A program made the translations under genes and the position numbers. Under the pieces are notes generated by a model. That model searched no databases. It saw only the letters and a program-made list of their open reading frames with translations, and was not told the origin of the DNA. From assembly GCA_905178155.1 (NCBI GenBank), contig CAJINV010000016.1:1625102-1689101 (forward strand): DNA of 64,000 nucleotides, in the 5' to 3' direction. The stretch is from Amoebophrya sp. A120. Its lineage: Eukaryota > Protista > Dinoflagellata. This document shows, one piece after another, positions 36,001-48,780 of this stretch; the stretch's first letter is position 1, and every line of letters starts with the position of its first letter.

Positions 36001-37103
36001 CCCTGATGTCCTCTCACGTGGTCTGGAATCAGACCGAAGAGCACGTTTTGCAGCACGTGGACCCGGCAGCTCAACCTGAACCGGTTATCGATCAATTCCT
36101 CCGTGTCCCCGATTTGAACTCTCGTCTTGCACTCGTCGAGGGCCAATTCCCACTCTTGGTTAGCCATGACCGTCAGGGGTTCTAACAGTTCGCAGCCTCG
36201 CGTGAACAGTGGCGCCTCACACGGGGTGGAAGAAAAGTTTTCGGTAAGTGCGGCTGCGGAGTGAAAAAAAGACGCCGAGGAGGAAGAGGAAGCTGAGGAG
36301 GAACCGCTGATGTTAAGGTTGACGGGATTCAAATGCAGACTCACGTCACTGTTCGCATTGTTCTGCTCGTTCATCTGGTCTCCTCCTCCTCCTTCTCCCC
36401 CCGCACCGCCACCAAGACCTGACACTGTGCCACCCCCAGCACCACCCTCCGTAGATCCTTGTTGTCCTTCCAAAAACTCCCCATCATTTCCCTCCACTTC
36501 CATTTGCAAAAAATCGTCCGCCGCGTGACATTTCCAGGTGAACTGGCACCTGGACTCTTCAAATCTGATCGCTAAATCTGCTCCCTGCCGAATTTTGTAG
36601 GCTGTGCCGAGGAGAAACTGAATCAACGGTTTGAGCCGCATCTTGCACTCGTAGGGCTTGTTATTCAGCGGGATCATGTTTGTTGCATTTCCATCAGAGG
36701 TATCAGCATTGAAAAACTGCTGCTGCTGCCCAGGTAAATTGCTCATGATGTTGCTGTTCATCATTCCGTGCTGGTGTCCGGAAGATGAACTGGAGGAACT
36801 ATTGTTGTTCCCCAGGAGCCCTATCCCGCCAAATGCACCTCCTATTGAGTTCGCTGCATTGGCCGCAAAATGGTTCACATCGGCGAAAAGCGTGGGATCG
36901 GTGACGGTGACCTCCTCCTGAAAAAAACCGCTTTTGAAGTACATCTTCAGCACGTTCGACTGGCTCGCCTGGTTGCAACACAGCATCGCCAAGGACCTCT
37001 CGACCGGGTGAATTTGGAACATAACATCTTCCGCGAGTTTGTTCATCAAGACCGCGGCCTTGGAAAACACCTTCGCGTTCGCCTTCTCGATTACAAACTC
37101 CAT
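33049..37103 (-). CDS. RAD9: RAD9-like 9-1-1 checkpoint clamp subunit with long Gln-rich tail (about 1300 aa, 2 exons)
   Basis: N-terminus MEFVIEKANAKVFSKAAVLMNKLAEDVMFQ...LKMYFKSGFFQE and later blocks (YECKMRLKPL, KEIALDPTEF, LVLSPKALQEFIKFL, VELRFCHPGQ) follow the Rad9 motif order; exons join in frame (3903 nt). Confidence 0.7.
35298..35444. mobile_element. IR/DR introner, family B
   Basis: DR CTGCA; splice gives KALQEFIKF. Confidence 0.9.
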
Positions 37104-37929
37104 TTTGGTCGACGTGCTGCGGTTCTTGTATCTATGTGTTTCTCACAACTCGTGGATCATGGTGCACGAGGCCGACGAGAAGTAGAGGCTAGCAGTACGT
37201 GGCTGCTTGTCGTCTGATGTGCGAAAAGTGAGATAGTGGTGTGATGGTCGTGTCGGCGACATGTTAATGAGCTGGAGACCGGTCGCCCGGCGGTTCTAGT
37301 TCTAGTATGTTCATTTTGATAAACGATAATATTCCATATTCTCTCGTATTTGGCTGAGTTATATAGTGGCGAGGACGATCGGCATGCTACTTGTACCACC
37401 GGACATCGGCTGCGACAACAAGCCTATTGCATCAAAGGCCCCAAACATGGACTACAAACGTGAGGAAGTGGTCGCAAAGTAGTTACATCTACATGAAATA
37501 TCCACATCGCGCCAGGGGTCACAAAAGACATGAAAATGTCGAGCTCGAGCATCAATACAATAGCAATAGATCCAAGAGTGTGACGCGTTGGTGTTGCTGG
37601 TCCCTACTCACTACACGACAAAAAGAAAAGGCAACGCCATCACGTTCACGACCGCTGAGCAGGAAAATACAAATACTTGGGCATGAATTAATCGCGCCTA
37701 CTCAAAAACAGGATCATGATAAAGAAGAACTTGTTCATCTAGGATCTTGCTTTAGCAGATTCAACGCAACATGTTCATCACGTTGCTGTCCCGCCTCTGG
37801 ATCATCATACAGCTTCGGGCCTTCTTGTGAACGAACATCGCAAGATCCGCTGTGCCTCCGTCACACAACAAGGAAGGGCATGCGCCTTTTTCGACAAAAT
37901 CAACTCAAATCCATTGCGATAGGTAGAGA

Positions 37930-39170
37930 GCCGCGCAAGCCTCCGGGCGGGGCCGCTGGCAGGCCGCCTGAGCGGCACGCATTTATTTTCCGAGGGAAAG
38001 TGGGCACGGTGCGTACTACACTTTGCACACGAACCTGCGCCATTCCGTCCGAGGGAGCGCACATCAGACCCCTACTTACACAATGAAGGAATGTCCTAGC
38101 GTGGGGCCGACGGTCGATGCTGCCCCCCCCCCGCCAACAAGCCAGCAACGAGCGCGCAATCGCACACCAATCTATCACACACCGGCCGCCCGGAAGGAAA
38201 ATAGCTAGGGCGCCAATGGGTCGGCGCGCGGGTGCCACGGATGCGTGCCTGCGCTGCGAGCGTGGGCGCGCGCGGCACATACCCCCGGCGGGAAAGAAAA
38301 CACGCGGGGCCAGGGAGCCATCCAAAATAAAACGGGCCGGGGCCCACCGACCACGGACCAAAAGGGGCCCGGCCCCGCCCCAAACTAAAGGCGCGCGCGA
38401 GGTGCGGGAGGGCGGGCCCCAGCCCCAGGGCCGGGGAAACCTCTCGCGCACCTGCCTGGGCAAGGTAGGAAGGCAAAGGCCAGCCGACGGGCCCAGGCCG
38501 GGGCGCAGAGAGAAAGGGAAGCAGGGAGGCACAAGGGGGGCGAGGCGTTGGCTCATTGCGTTCGTGTTTGCACGTCGGCCGTGATGATCCGTGGCCCACA
38601 GATGCACGCTCTTGGAATACATAGATGCGCGGCCCCGGCGCCCCCCCGGGCCTCCCGCACATGATACGCCCTCGAAGGGCGCGGCGGCGAAGCCGGTCGC
38701 CTCAAGCTCCGCCCGGGCGCCGGATGCGTGCCGCGGGCGCGCGCGTGGCCCGGCGCGGCCGCGGGAGGTCACCAGATAGCGCCCCGGCCCAGGGAAAAAG
38801 AAAACCGCGCCGCCGGCTTCTTTGCCACCGCACCCCCCCGCGAAGGAAGCCTCGCGACCTTCTTCTTCGCGGCGCCCCACTACCACACCGCGCCACGCTG
38901 CGTGGCCACCTGCTTGGGTCAGTAAATCAAGCACAACCAACCAACCCCGGGGGCAATTTCTTCCCCGGCGCGGCCACATGCTGGCCCACTGTCCGGGCCC
39001 AATTAGCGCCCCGCGTGTCCCACACATATCCGCCCGGATTGTCCCGCGCTTTCTCAGGTGGGACGCGCGTAAGTCGGCCGCCCAGCGTCGGGGTCGGGCG
39101 GCCCGTGCCTCCGCCCCCAGCCGAGCCCAGGAGGTGCGCGGCTACGCAAACGAGTTGCGCCCACATCTAA
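37930..39170. repeat. GC-rich non-coding island; possible transposon remnant
   Basis: Very GC-rich intergenic block, only Arg/Pro/Gly-rich spurious ORFs; no TIR found. Boundaries approximate. Confidence 0.35.
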
Positions 39171-39479
39171 AGCAAAAAAACACGCAAAATTATGCTTCGT
39201 CTCCTTTTCGAAACCTAACAGCAGGCATCAGATCACTCATTCTTGCTTTGCGAACACCTGAAGCTACTTTCATTTCTCCTTCGAGCCAAATACTGCGGAC
39301 AGTTCCGCTCGTTTAGAGTCGTATCGAAACTTTTCCACTTTGCTCTATTCGTGTCCCTATCTTCTATAATCATGAGAGCCGCTTACTTATTTCTACCACC
39401 TTCAAAGCATCCGACGACAGCAAGACTTGTGCCCAACGGGTCAACAAAGTCGGGCTTATCACAACTTTGCAAACTTTGC

Positions 39480-40928
39480 TCAAGCAGCACCTATGCCATC
39501 CTTTTCGACGACCAATTCTGTTTCCTCGTCTTTCGGAAAGTGTACAATCAGCAGTTCTGGATTCACGATGTCCACGCTCGGTGCCAGTTTCCTAAAGAAC
39601 TCCAAATGAAAGTCATCACACAAAACACTTTTCTTCTTCGCCTTGGAAGATGTAGACCCGCCGCTGCTGTTTGTTCGTGTTTGTTCACTTAATATCTGCG
39701 AGGACGGCGGCGATGAAGCTGCCGGCGTCGCTGGTGACACGACCCGCAATTTGTTCCCCGTTGACAGGTACTTCAAGAAAAAGATCGGATCCACCGGCTG
39801 CTCGAAGATGTGAGTCCGCAGCGCCAGTCCGTACCGTTGCGTGCGGTGTTGCACCTCCTGGTCGTCCAGGGTCACGGGCGACTGCGCCAGGTCGATCAAC
39901 TTCGCTTGGGCTTTGTACAAGACCCCGTTCGGCGCGGACCAGGGATCGTCCCAATCGGAAAGGACGATCGGTGTATTTTGTCCAAGAATCTTCAACGGCG
40001 GTTTCTTGGCCCCCGTCGATTCAGTTTGATGTGGTCCTCTTGCACGACCGTGCACATCAGGATGATGTCGAAGATGTTCATCCTGTTCGCCAGCATGATC
40101 GTCGTGTGCTGAGCCGTCGGCTTCGTTCTCCTTTTCTCGTCCATCACCCCGACTGACGCTCCCTTTATTTCTCCTCCCCTCCTCTTCGTCCTGCGCACGA
40201 ACTACATCACCCATCGCACTTCGCCTCCGCTCCCGCCCCGCTTCCGTTTTGTCAAAAACCTCCGGCGCGTGGGGACACTGCAGAAAATTCGCCAGACACT
40301 TCGTCTTGCAGTCAGGCTCGAGAAGTAGCACTCCGTTCAAGTACAGTTGCAGTTCCAGCTGCCTCTTCTTCAAAAATTGCGGGTCTTTGTTGCCGATGTT
40401 GAAGAGCCTCCGACTCGGGAACAAATTACCCGGGTAGTTGTCGTTGCTGTTTGGGTACTTCACCTTCATGTGCTCGTGGAGCGTTCGGAATTCCCGGAAT
40501 CTCCGGTAGACGAAGTGCTGCTTCGCGGTCGACAGGTCAGTGACTTTGATTTTGTACACCGTGTGTGCTGTGTCTTTATTTCTGGTGCTAGAAGAAGAGC
40601 CTGGTGCGCTGCTTGAAGCACTTCTACCAGCAGTCTGGAGGGGGGCCAGGAAGGATTTACCAATACACCTTCTGGGTTCGGGAAGATCCTCGGGTGGTGG
40701 TGGAGAGTTTGGCCGGCCTTCAGGAGCATCGTTAAGGCTGTTCGCATTCGCTGCTGCTGCTCCTGAGGACGTCGTCGTCGTCCCCGGCTCGTCCTCAGTA
40801 CCGTCTTGTGTCTTCCCCTCAAAATCAACCTCATCCGCTCGGCAGTGGCCGACAATCTGAGCAACGAACTCGACCGCTGGTAAAGTTGCGGAGGTGCGGT
40901 AATTGATATTTGACGAGGACGAGGCCAT
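39480..40928 (-). CDS. PX (Phox homology) domain protein, sorting-nexin-like
   Basis: HTVYKIKV...VYRRFREFRTLHEHM...FPSRRLF...FLKKRQLELQLYLNGVL...LANFL; intronless; first ATG at 40928. Confidence 0.85.
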   Translation of the reverse strand: MASSSSNINYRTSATLPAVEFVAQIVGHCRADEVDFEGKTQDGTEDEPGTTTTSSGAAAANANSLNDAPEGRPNSPPPPEDLPEPRRCIGKSFLAPLQTAGRSASSSAPGSSSSTRNKDTAHTVYKIKVTDLSTAKQHFVYRRFREFRTLHEHMKVKYPNSNDNYPGNLFPSRRLFNIGNKDPQFLKKRQLELQLYLNGVLLLEPDCKTKCLANFLQCPHAPEVFDKTEAGRERRRSAMGDVVRAQDEEEGRRNKGSVSRGDGREKENEADGSAHDDHAGEQDEHLRHHPDVHGRARGPHQTESTGAKKPPLKILGQNTPIVLSDWDDPWSAPNGVLYKAQAKLIDLAQSPVTLDDQEVQHRTQRYGLALRTHIFEQPVDPIFFLKYLSTGNKLRVVSPATPAASSPPSSQILSEQTRTNSSGGSTSSKAKKKSVLCDDFHLEFFRKLAPSVDIVNPELLIVHFPKDEETELVVEKDGIGAA

Positions 40929-43112
40929 TGTGATCGAGTTGCAACAGAATTTCAACGCAAAATTTCAACGCTTTGCAATCAAAATTCCAAAAGTGGAAAT
41001 GCGCAACCAGGGTAACAAGAATGAAAGATTCAAAAAAAGGCGAACCAACACAGCAAAATGGCAAAACATGTAAACATAGAAGGAGGGCTGAGGCTAAGGG
41101 GATGGGTCTTCAAAAAGTTTACAACTGAGGGCTGCTGTTCGGCGTAGCAATCACCTTTGGACGGTATAAGATCATAGACGAAAAATAAAAGATCATGGTA
41201 AGAACGGTCGGAGAAGATGAAACTGCAAGGCAGGTGATGTAAACAGGATCCTTTGATGACAAAGCTCGTTCGGGATCTGAAAAGTTTCGCTCAGAAATGC
41301 AATGCTGTAGTTGCTCCGGCACGGCCACTCTAAGAAGCTACACATTACATTCGCTGTTTTTATCTTTTTGAAGATCTATGCTCTCTCATATTAGTCTCGT
41401 ACCATACGTCGAAAAAATGCACGTGCTGCGAAAAAAGAGCTGCCCGGAGGTCCGCCGTCTGAAAACTGACAGTCCCATCGGATGCTGTTCTGCAGCTTCT
41501 CGCGTCTTGTAGCTTTCTTGTGGAAAGAAGATAAAAGTGATACAGCTGGCGCGCATAGGTCAAAACAGAGTCTGAGACCGTTTCAGAGTGAGACTGTTGA
41601 TTTTTTTGATAAGTACATGTATAACAACTAGTTGTAGTAGCGTGGCGGCTTTAAAAATATTCCGATTATAGAATCAATCTCCACCTACTCCTTTCGTGTT
41701 AATCGCATTGTTCACCTCGTCCTAAGCTGTGAGAAATACAGCGCTGCAGTTTTCTCACTTTCTACTCCTCTTCATTTCTTACTATACCGTACTAACCACT
41801 TTCTTGCGTTTCGCTACCTAGTTAGGTGTACTTAGCGGCTTTCTTGTCGTCTCTGATTATTTCAATGCCATAACCGAGACGCGGTCGCGGACGCATCATT
41901 TGATGCATCAGTTTGCTGGTGCACCCTTATTACCACCTCAGTTTTTTCTTATGGCCGCTACAGAGCCATAGAAGTACAACAACTGCTAATCAGAAATGCA
42001 CAGGCGGGGTAGAGAAACCATATCTAGTTGCGCGGTCGTAAAGCTACAGATGATTCTAGAATTTGCAAGACAAAAAAACTTTCGTCTGACAAAACTAAAC
42101 TGTAAGCTTTGCCTCTTGTTCAATTAGAAAGGATCATGTCTACGCAGTTTGCTTCCTCTGTTGAAAAAGCAATCTTCTATACCAAAATTAACTCCTGTCA
42201 AAAATTGCAGTAGAGAACGCAAACCAGCCATGGATGCACAACAGATTAGATTGTTTTATTTATGCTACTAGCCGCCGTAAAAAGGTCGTAGTGCAGAGTA
42301 AAATCTGGGGAAAAAAACCAGCTCTACTTTTCTGACCGTTCCTTTTCTCGGCGATAGCAGGCGAGGTAGTTGTAAATGGAAATAAACGTGTTTCGCGGCG
42401 GGGTGACAGTAGTTGAAAAGAAGGAACAATACCACCACTTGGGCAAAACCCAGTGTTGGGGAAAAAAGATGAAAAAATCGGAAAAGAAAACAGCTTTGTG
42501 GCAGCGAATAGTTTCGATGGGCCCGTGCGCGACCCGCCGCTGCGACCGTAGTGATCACAGCGCGATTGGGGGCCATGGTCATGGTGAATAGCAAAGTATT
42601 CAGCAAATCGGACTTTCAACTTTAGTACGAGTGAGGGCGCGCGGGGTAGTACTAGTACAACATAAAGACACTCATCTAGGTGAGTAGGTCTAGTGTCGCT
42701 GTTCAGAATGTAGGTACATTAACAAAGCCTCTTGTCGCAGTAGTGCTCCAGACCAATATTTCAGAGTTCGTGTACAGTCGAAGGGTTGTAGGAGAGCCTA
42801 CAATTTTTAGACTCTCCTGTAGGACATTATGAATTGAGTAGGTCGATATTCTGAGCTAGTAGATCTGCCCCCGCGCCGCATGATGGCTGCGAAGCAGGTA
42901 CGCCCAACTACCACTACAGGAGCTCGACCATAAAAAACCTGATAAACTACTTTATTCAATGCCGACAAGATAGGGTATCGTGTTTTCTTTTTTAGGGTTA
43001 GATTATAGAGATACCGATAGTACGTGTTTGAGTTTATTTTCAAAACATCCGATACAATAACGACGAAGATTCATACCCAGCACCGGCACTAAGCATATTG
43101 TTCATTTGTGTG

Positions 43113-46100
43113 CTAAATCCAGGAAGGAGCAGGGACTGCAAAAGAAACCCACGCAGCTCGATGATAAGTCTGGCGATCATCGGCAACGGCAGCGGCTGCT
43201 GGTGTTCGTGTGGGAGTAAAGGGAGATAACCTATATTTACTTCTACTAAGATATACTGCAGCCCATCTCTGCTCCCTCGAAGTCAGCCTCTTGTTCTTCA
43301 GTGTCGTAATTTACTAACTTTGGCACGGTGACTTCTGCAGCATTTCTTCTACTACTTTCGCACATACTAACCGCGAACATGGCGATACTGACTTCTCTCG
43401 AAAATCAACATTGATTGTCCTGCTACCGATATCTTCGGATACCGTGTTCGCTCTACTATTAATGTACACACGACTCGCAACACGGTCAGACTCGGCATTT
43501 TTTCCAAACGACCTGGCATCGTGGTGCGCGGTAGTTTGGTTGTGATTTATTGTTTTGTTCCACGTCTTACTCGTTCCAAATGACATTTTTCGCCTGCGGC
43601 TGTCCCTTTGGGTTAAGTGTCGCTTGGAAATCACACGTAATGCCGGTCCGTGGATCGCCGTCGCCAGGCATCTCGGATTTGTGCACGTACCTGTAGTTTC
43701 ACAGCGATTTTATCGTTCGACGACGCAACACCTACCACTCTGCTGGACGGCGCAGCTGGTGCACACGAGTACTTTCATACTACTTGTATGCGGCAAAAGT
43801 CTCGAATCAGTCGAAAGTTCAAGATCTGCTTCACCACCTCCAGGTGGCTCAAAGAATGTAAGTGAAAAATCAATTGATTCTCTCCGCTGAAGAAACAAAA
43901 AAAAATTCAATACACGTCCCGCTTGTAGAGGTCCCATAGCTGTTGGCAGTGAATGAAGCCATATCCGCTATTCTGGCTGAACGACTTTAGGGACCCGTGG
44001 TACACTTTATTTTCCGGATTTTCTTCCCCGCCTTTGCCCGAAGATGATCCGTTTGCTGCGCCTTGCTTCGGAGCTGTGATTTTTCATTTTTGAACTTTTG
44101 TCCTCGTCTTGCCGAAGTTCTGCTTTTGTCTGGATTACGTTTACGATTAGCAGTCGTCATTAATATAATAATCTTCATGCACATTTATTACTTACTGCCT
44201 GCATGTACTACTACTACAAGTCGTCATGCAAAACTTACAGAACTGAATGAATCATGCCTCCTAAAATCATACCGTCTTTGTTTTCGCTCGATGTAGTTGC
44301 CCCTGGTGTCTTCGCGCCACTCTTGCCACCACTGGCTTTCGCTGTTTTTAGAGATTGTTGATAATGCTCGTCATGAACAGCATATAACAAATGCGTTGAT
44401 GTAGTGCTGCAAATATTGGTATCTATTGGAGAGCGACTTGGTTTTGACAGGTTGGGCAAGGTCGAGCGAAGCTCACAGATTGATGAAATAAAGTCAAATT
44501 ATACGACTTGTTCCGCCTTTGGACTTCCCGCCGGGTGAGGAACTGTCTTTTCCAGCTGCGCCTTCCATCTGGCTCGGATCAATTCGACCTGATGTTTTGT
44601 GTTTTTTTCTGTTACGCTTTTGTCCGTCTGCTACGCATGAAAGAGTCGATGCGCTACCGCTCTTGCAAAAATGCATCACAAATAGAAATCTGTTCATCTT
44701 TTTCTACTTTTTCGTGATGCAATTTCCATTTTGCCACGCAAACGAATCGGGTACCTGGCAGCCAGACCACATTCCGCGCCTGGGGTTGGCCTCTCTCGTT
44801 GGTTTTTACGACAAACTCTACCCACTGCCCAACTTCCGGCTCGCCGTCCTTTTTTTCCTCGACTTGGGCCCTGGGATTTCCAAGTGTTAGTGCTTTACCC
44901 TTGGGGACCCTATACACATAACAAAGTTCTTGGACGAGTAGTTCTTCCGAGTCAACATGTAGTTTTTACCAGGCAACCTTATCAAATCGAAATCTTGCAA
45001 CTCATGCAGCATCGGAAAATGAAAATCAATTCAAACTCAATACTTGTGGATAAAGACGTCCTGGTTGTGGATTTTGTGAGTTTCCAGGCAGTAGATAAAA
45101 CCGTAACCCTATCCAGGAAAAAAAGTGTGTAAGTGTAACTTTCTTTGAGGAACAGCATCACAAATTTGCTCTACATGACAGAGAAAACCTGTCATGCGTG
45201 GTTTGTAAGGGAAAACACACATGAAAAGAGGACTTCGTGGCTGTCTGGCATGACAGGTGTAACTCTGTTGGATCTTCTGCAACACAAATTTACACTTACA
45301 CAGTTTTTTTCTTGCATAAACCCTGCGCCTTGTTGTAACTCTTCAGGTAGCCCATGTATATCCTGTGCAAAAGTATCGCACTCGTATTGCAGTCATGCAT
45401 TACAAATCATCTTGTTAAGGCAAATCAGCATTACAAATTTTATTTCTCATGCTGAGAAAATTTGTAATGCATTTATACGAGTACGATACTTTTGCAATGC
45501 ATAATGTATTTTGGGATCCAATTGTTGGAAGCGTCGTAAAACCTGATATTCATATTGATGAGCGATGTAGTACATTTATGGAACTAAAACTATACGATCC
45601 TAATATCGGATATCTGGTGCTGTTCGCCAGCTCAATATAATTCCGCATGCCAAATGCAAGAAAAAGAATGTGAAACTGTTGAAATGTTGATATTGTGTTT
45701 AGGCATAGAACAAACCCTTCACTGTACCCTGGCAATTTCGAGTCCAGCGGGCTCCCCCCAGCTCCGGGCAGGGGTGGCAGTGGCGGTCCCTTCAACATGC
45801 CTGGTGCCATGAACTGAGCCTGCAGATGGTTTGGCGGCGGAATGGCGGGTGGCTGCAACGCGAGCGAATTCAGGGCGTTCGCCGGGTTATTCGCCGTGCC
45901 CAAAACGGTCGCTATCGGGGCGGATGCCGAGGTGCTTGGGGTTGGCGTGTGGTGACTGGGTGTCGTGCCTGGCGGTGGTGGCGCGCCGTAGTTGCCTGGG
46001 TAGGCGGAGTGACTGCTCTGCTGCATGTGCGCCGGCATAGCGGGTGGTGGTGGGGCCCCGCTGTTGCTGTAGCCCGGCGCGGCACCTCCACCGAAAGATG

Positions 46101-46983
46101 AACTACCTCCGTTGAGGTGGTGGGAGGAGGATCCGGGGGGCCCTGGCGGGTAGCCTGCAGGGGCTGTTGGGTTCGGCGGCGCGCTGTAGTGACCGGTGTA
46201 CTGGCTGTAGGCGGCGGAGTACCCACTGTCCGTTGGCGACGGGTGGTGTGAGGAGCTTCCTACAGAATTGGTATGCGCATAACCGCCGTCGCTGTAACCG
46301 CCATCGGGGCCGTAACTCTGGGTGTAATTCGGCGCGCCGGATGTAGTTGCGCCGTAAGTAGAACCTCCACCGTAAGAGCCCGCGGCAGCGCTGTAGCCGG
46401 GAGCAGGGCCAGCAGGTGGAGCTCCGCCTTTTGAGGACGACGACTTCATGCCGCCACCCTTCACTGCGCCAGCGCTTTTTGGCGAATAGCCGTCCTTTCC
46501 ACCGCCCTGGGCGGGGGCAGGAGCTCCCCACTTCCCACCTGATGGTGCAGCGGCAGCAGCTCCGGGGTAGGAGGTAGATGTTGCGCCCTGACTGTAGCCG
46601 CCGTAACCTGGTGCGGAATTTCCGTAGCCGGGAGCGGAGTTAGATGATGGGCCTAAGAAATAGTTTCAATTTGGTTTTGCTTGTAGTCAATAGAATAAGC
46701 ATGCTCACAGTTGACTCTAATTATGACTCTATTCATTGACTCTAATCATGCAAAATCGAATGGACTGAAAGTTTAAGTTTCGTCATGTTGCAACACTCTC
46801 AACATTCATCTTGCTATAGTAACTCCTACCATTCTGCTGGTATCCGCCAGTGCTGTAGGAGTCGTAGCTGGGTCCCTTACCCCCTCCTTTGTCGCTGTAA
46901 CCATAGGAATCGTTTCCGTAGCCATAGTTGCCACCACCGTAGCCGCCGCGGGCCTCACCCTCCGGTCGCATGTGGTGCATCAT
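43113..46983 (-). CDS. Protein with two cold-shock domains and a Gly/Tyr/Pro-rich N-terminus; last exon uncertain
   Basis: Spliced CSD1 YMGYLKSYNKAQGYGFIYC..DVFIHK..VEFVVKTNERGQPQARNV and CSD2 YHGSLKSFSQNSGYGFIHC..DVYVHK..NPKGQPQAKNV; 2 IR/DR introns plus several GT-AG introns. Confidence 0.8.
45110..45318. mobile_element. IR/DR introner, family C
   Basis: DR AACCC; splits the RNP1-like motif QGYGFI. Confidence 0.92.
45359..45503. mobile_element. IR/DR introner, family B
   Basis: DR ATGTA; splice gives IPKYMGY. Confidence 0.92.
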
Positions 46984-48780
46984 CTTCGTGAAGTAGATGC
47001 TAGGGTCGTTATACCGCAATTTTCGTTTGTTCTCACTGATCGCCGCGCAATAGAGTTGTATAGGAGGCGTAGGTAACTCAAAAATCGATCCGCAATTCTT
47101 GCGAAGAACCCAGTTTTGAAGATAATGTTAATGCGGTCGCCAGTTCTAAGGTTGCGGCGGTCCTACTCCTGATTTGATGTTTCTTTCCCGATCTTTTCAG
47201 TTTCCTCCCTATAAAACCGCTCGGCGTTGTTTGTTGTCGTGGGTTTCACTACTTACGTTTCGCCGGCTGTAAATTTCAAAAATTTTCGGAAAGATGTTTC
47301 TGTCGATCCACTGTTGCTGGCTGGTCGCGTTGTGGTTGTCCTTGAGAAAAGTCGTTGTCTTTCGCTTTCTTCTCCAAAAAGCTCCTTGCCGTCCCGCTAA
47401 ATAAAACCACCCAGCAGCTCTTCGTATTCTTCCCGTGTGGATGGTCACTCCGCTAAAGCAGTTAGGGAAGTGAAATGACGCTTCACCGAGCTGGTTCAGA
47501 GACGGCTAAGAAATACAGCATGGTAGAACAAGCCTACTGGGGCCAGGAGACTTCTTGCTCAAAGACAGATGAATAGTTTGTCGCGTGCTGTGAGATGAAA
47601 AATCTGTTTCTGCGAATAATGTTCTGCACTAGTGCCCTAATATCCTCTTTAATTTTGTTCTCGTCGGGTGAAACAGCTATGATTCGGGTTATGCTTCCTT
47701 TGAAGATGAATGAAAACTAGCTTTTTTCCACAACTACAACATAGTGTTGTACCAAAATCACTATTCGAAAGAACAGCGCCCACCAAAAATCTTTAATTTT
47801 TCGTCCACATCAATCTATGTGTATTGTGAAATGCGCCTCACAATACAGCACATAAGTACTTGGTCTAACTACGAAATAACTTTGATTTCCACCAAATGAC
47901 GTGCCTGTGATAGGTAATCACGTTCGCAACATGCAACATAGGGTTTTTTGAAGTGAGATTGAGATCCTTTTTCCGTTTTGGTTTTTATTTTAATTTTTCC
48001 GCGGAATCTATACAAGCGTGATGAATCCTCGCGTTGAACAAAGCCAAATACTAGGCATAAGTGCGACCTCATCATGCAGAAAATAGATCGCTCTCGTCTC
48101 AGAGTAGCAGCAATAGTACTGCGCTGAGTTTTTTTCTTGTTTTGTGTCTACCTAGGGTAGAACTGGAGCTTCTGCACTCTTTTTTTCCATTGCATTTTGT
48201 ACCTCAGAAAGCTGTCTTGTTTCCACCAGAAAGGCGGTCAGAAGCCAGCAGCTCGCGCAGTTACTCGTGCGTACTAGGCGTACCGAGACTGGAATCCAAA
48301 TACATGTTTGCATTTTAACACTAGCTCACACATCATCAGTGAAGATCTCCAAAGGTTTCACAGCCCAATTTGAATTAGTATACGGGTTAAAATTTCGTTA
48401 GTACTGTTTGGATCGTTAGATTTGTCTCTCAGGAGATGAACCTTGTTAAATCACAAGTAGCTCGCATCTTCGTATTAATCCTTTACTCTCACTAATTTTT
48501 GGTATACGGATTTTTATAAGACTTCTTAATTCGCACCAGTAGCTCGTACTGCTTTTATTCGTGTTTGAGAGCGATACTTGCAATTTTTTTTCGCAGGACG
48601 TACTTCTGCGCAACATCTTTTGTGATTTAGAGCGAAACTCTTTAGATTTAGAAACGGCTAACAGTAGTTTAGAGCGAAACAGAAACAAACTCGATGAACT
48701 TGATAAAATTGTAAAGAACGACTTGGCGTTATTGAAAAAAAAAATAGCAATGAATATTTTCGCAGCAACCAAGCTGGCTT

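Noticed and set aside
37900-39027. 375-aa ORF in the GC island as a candidate transposase
   Set aside because: Arg/Gly/Pro-rich translation expected from GC content; no DDE or other domain recognisable.
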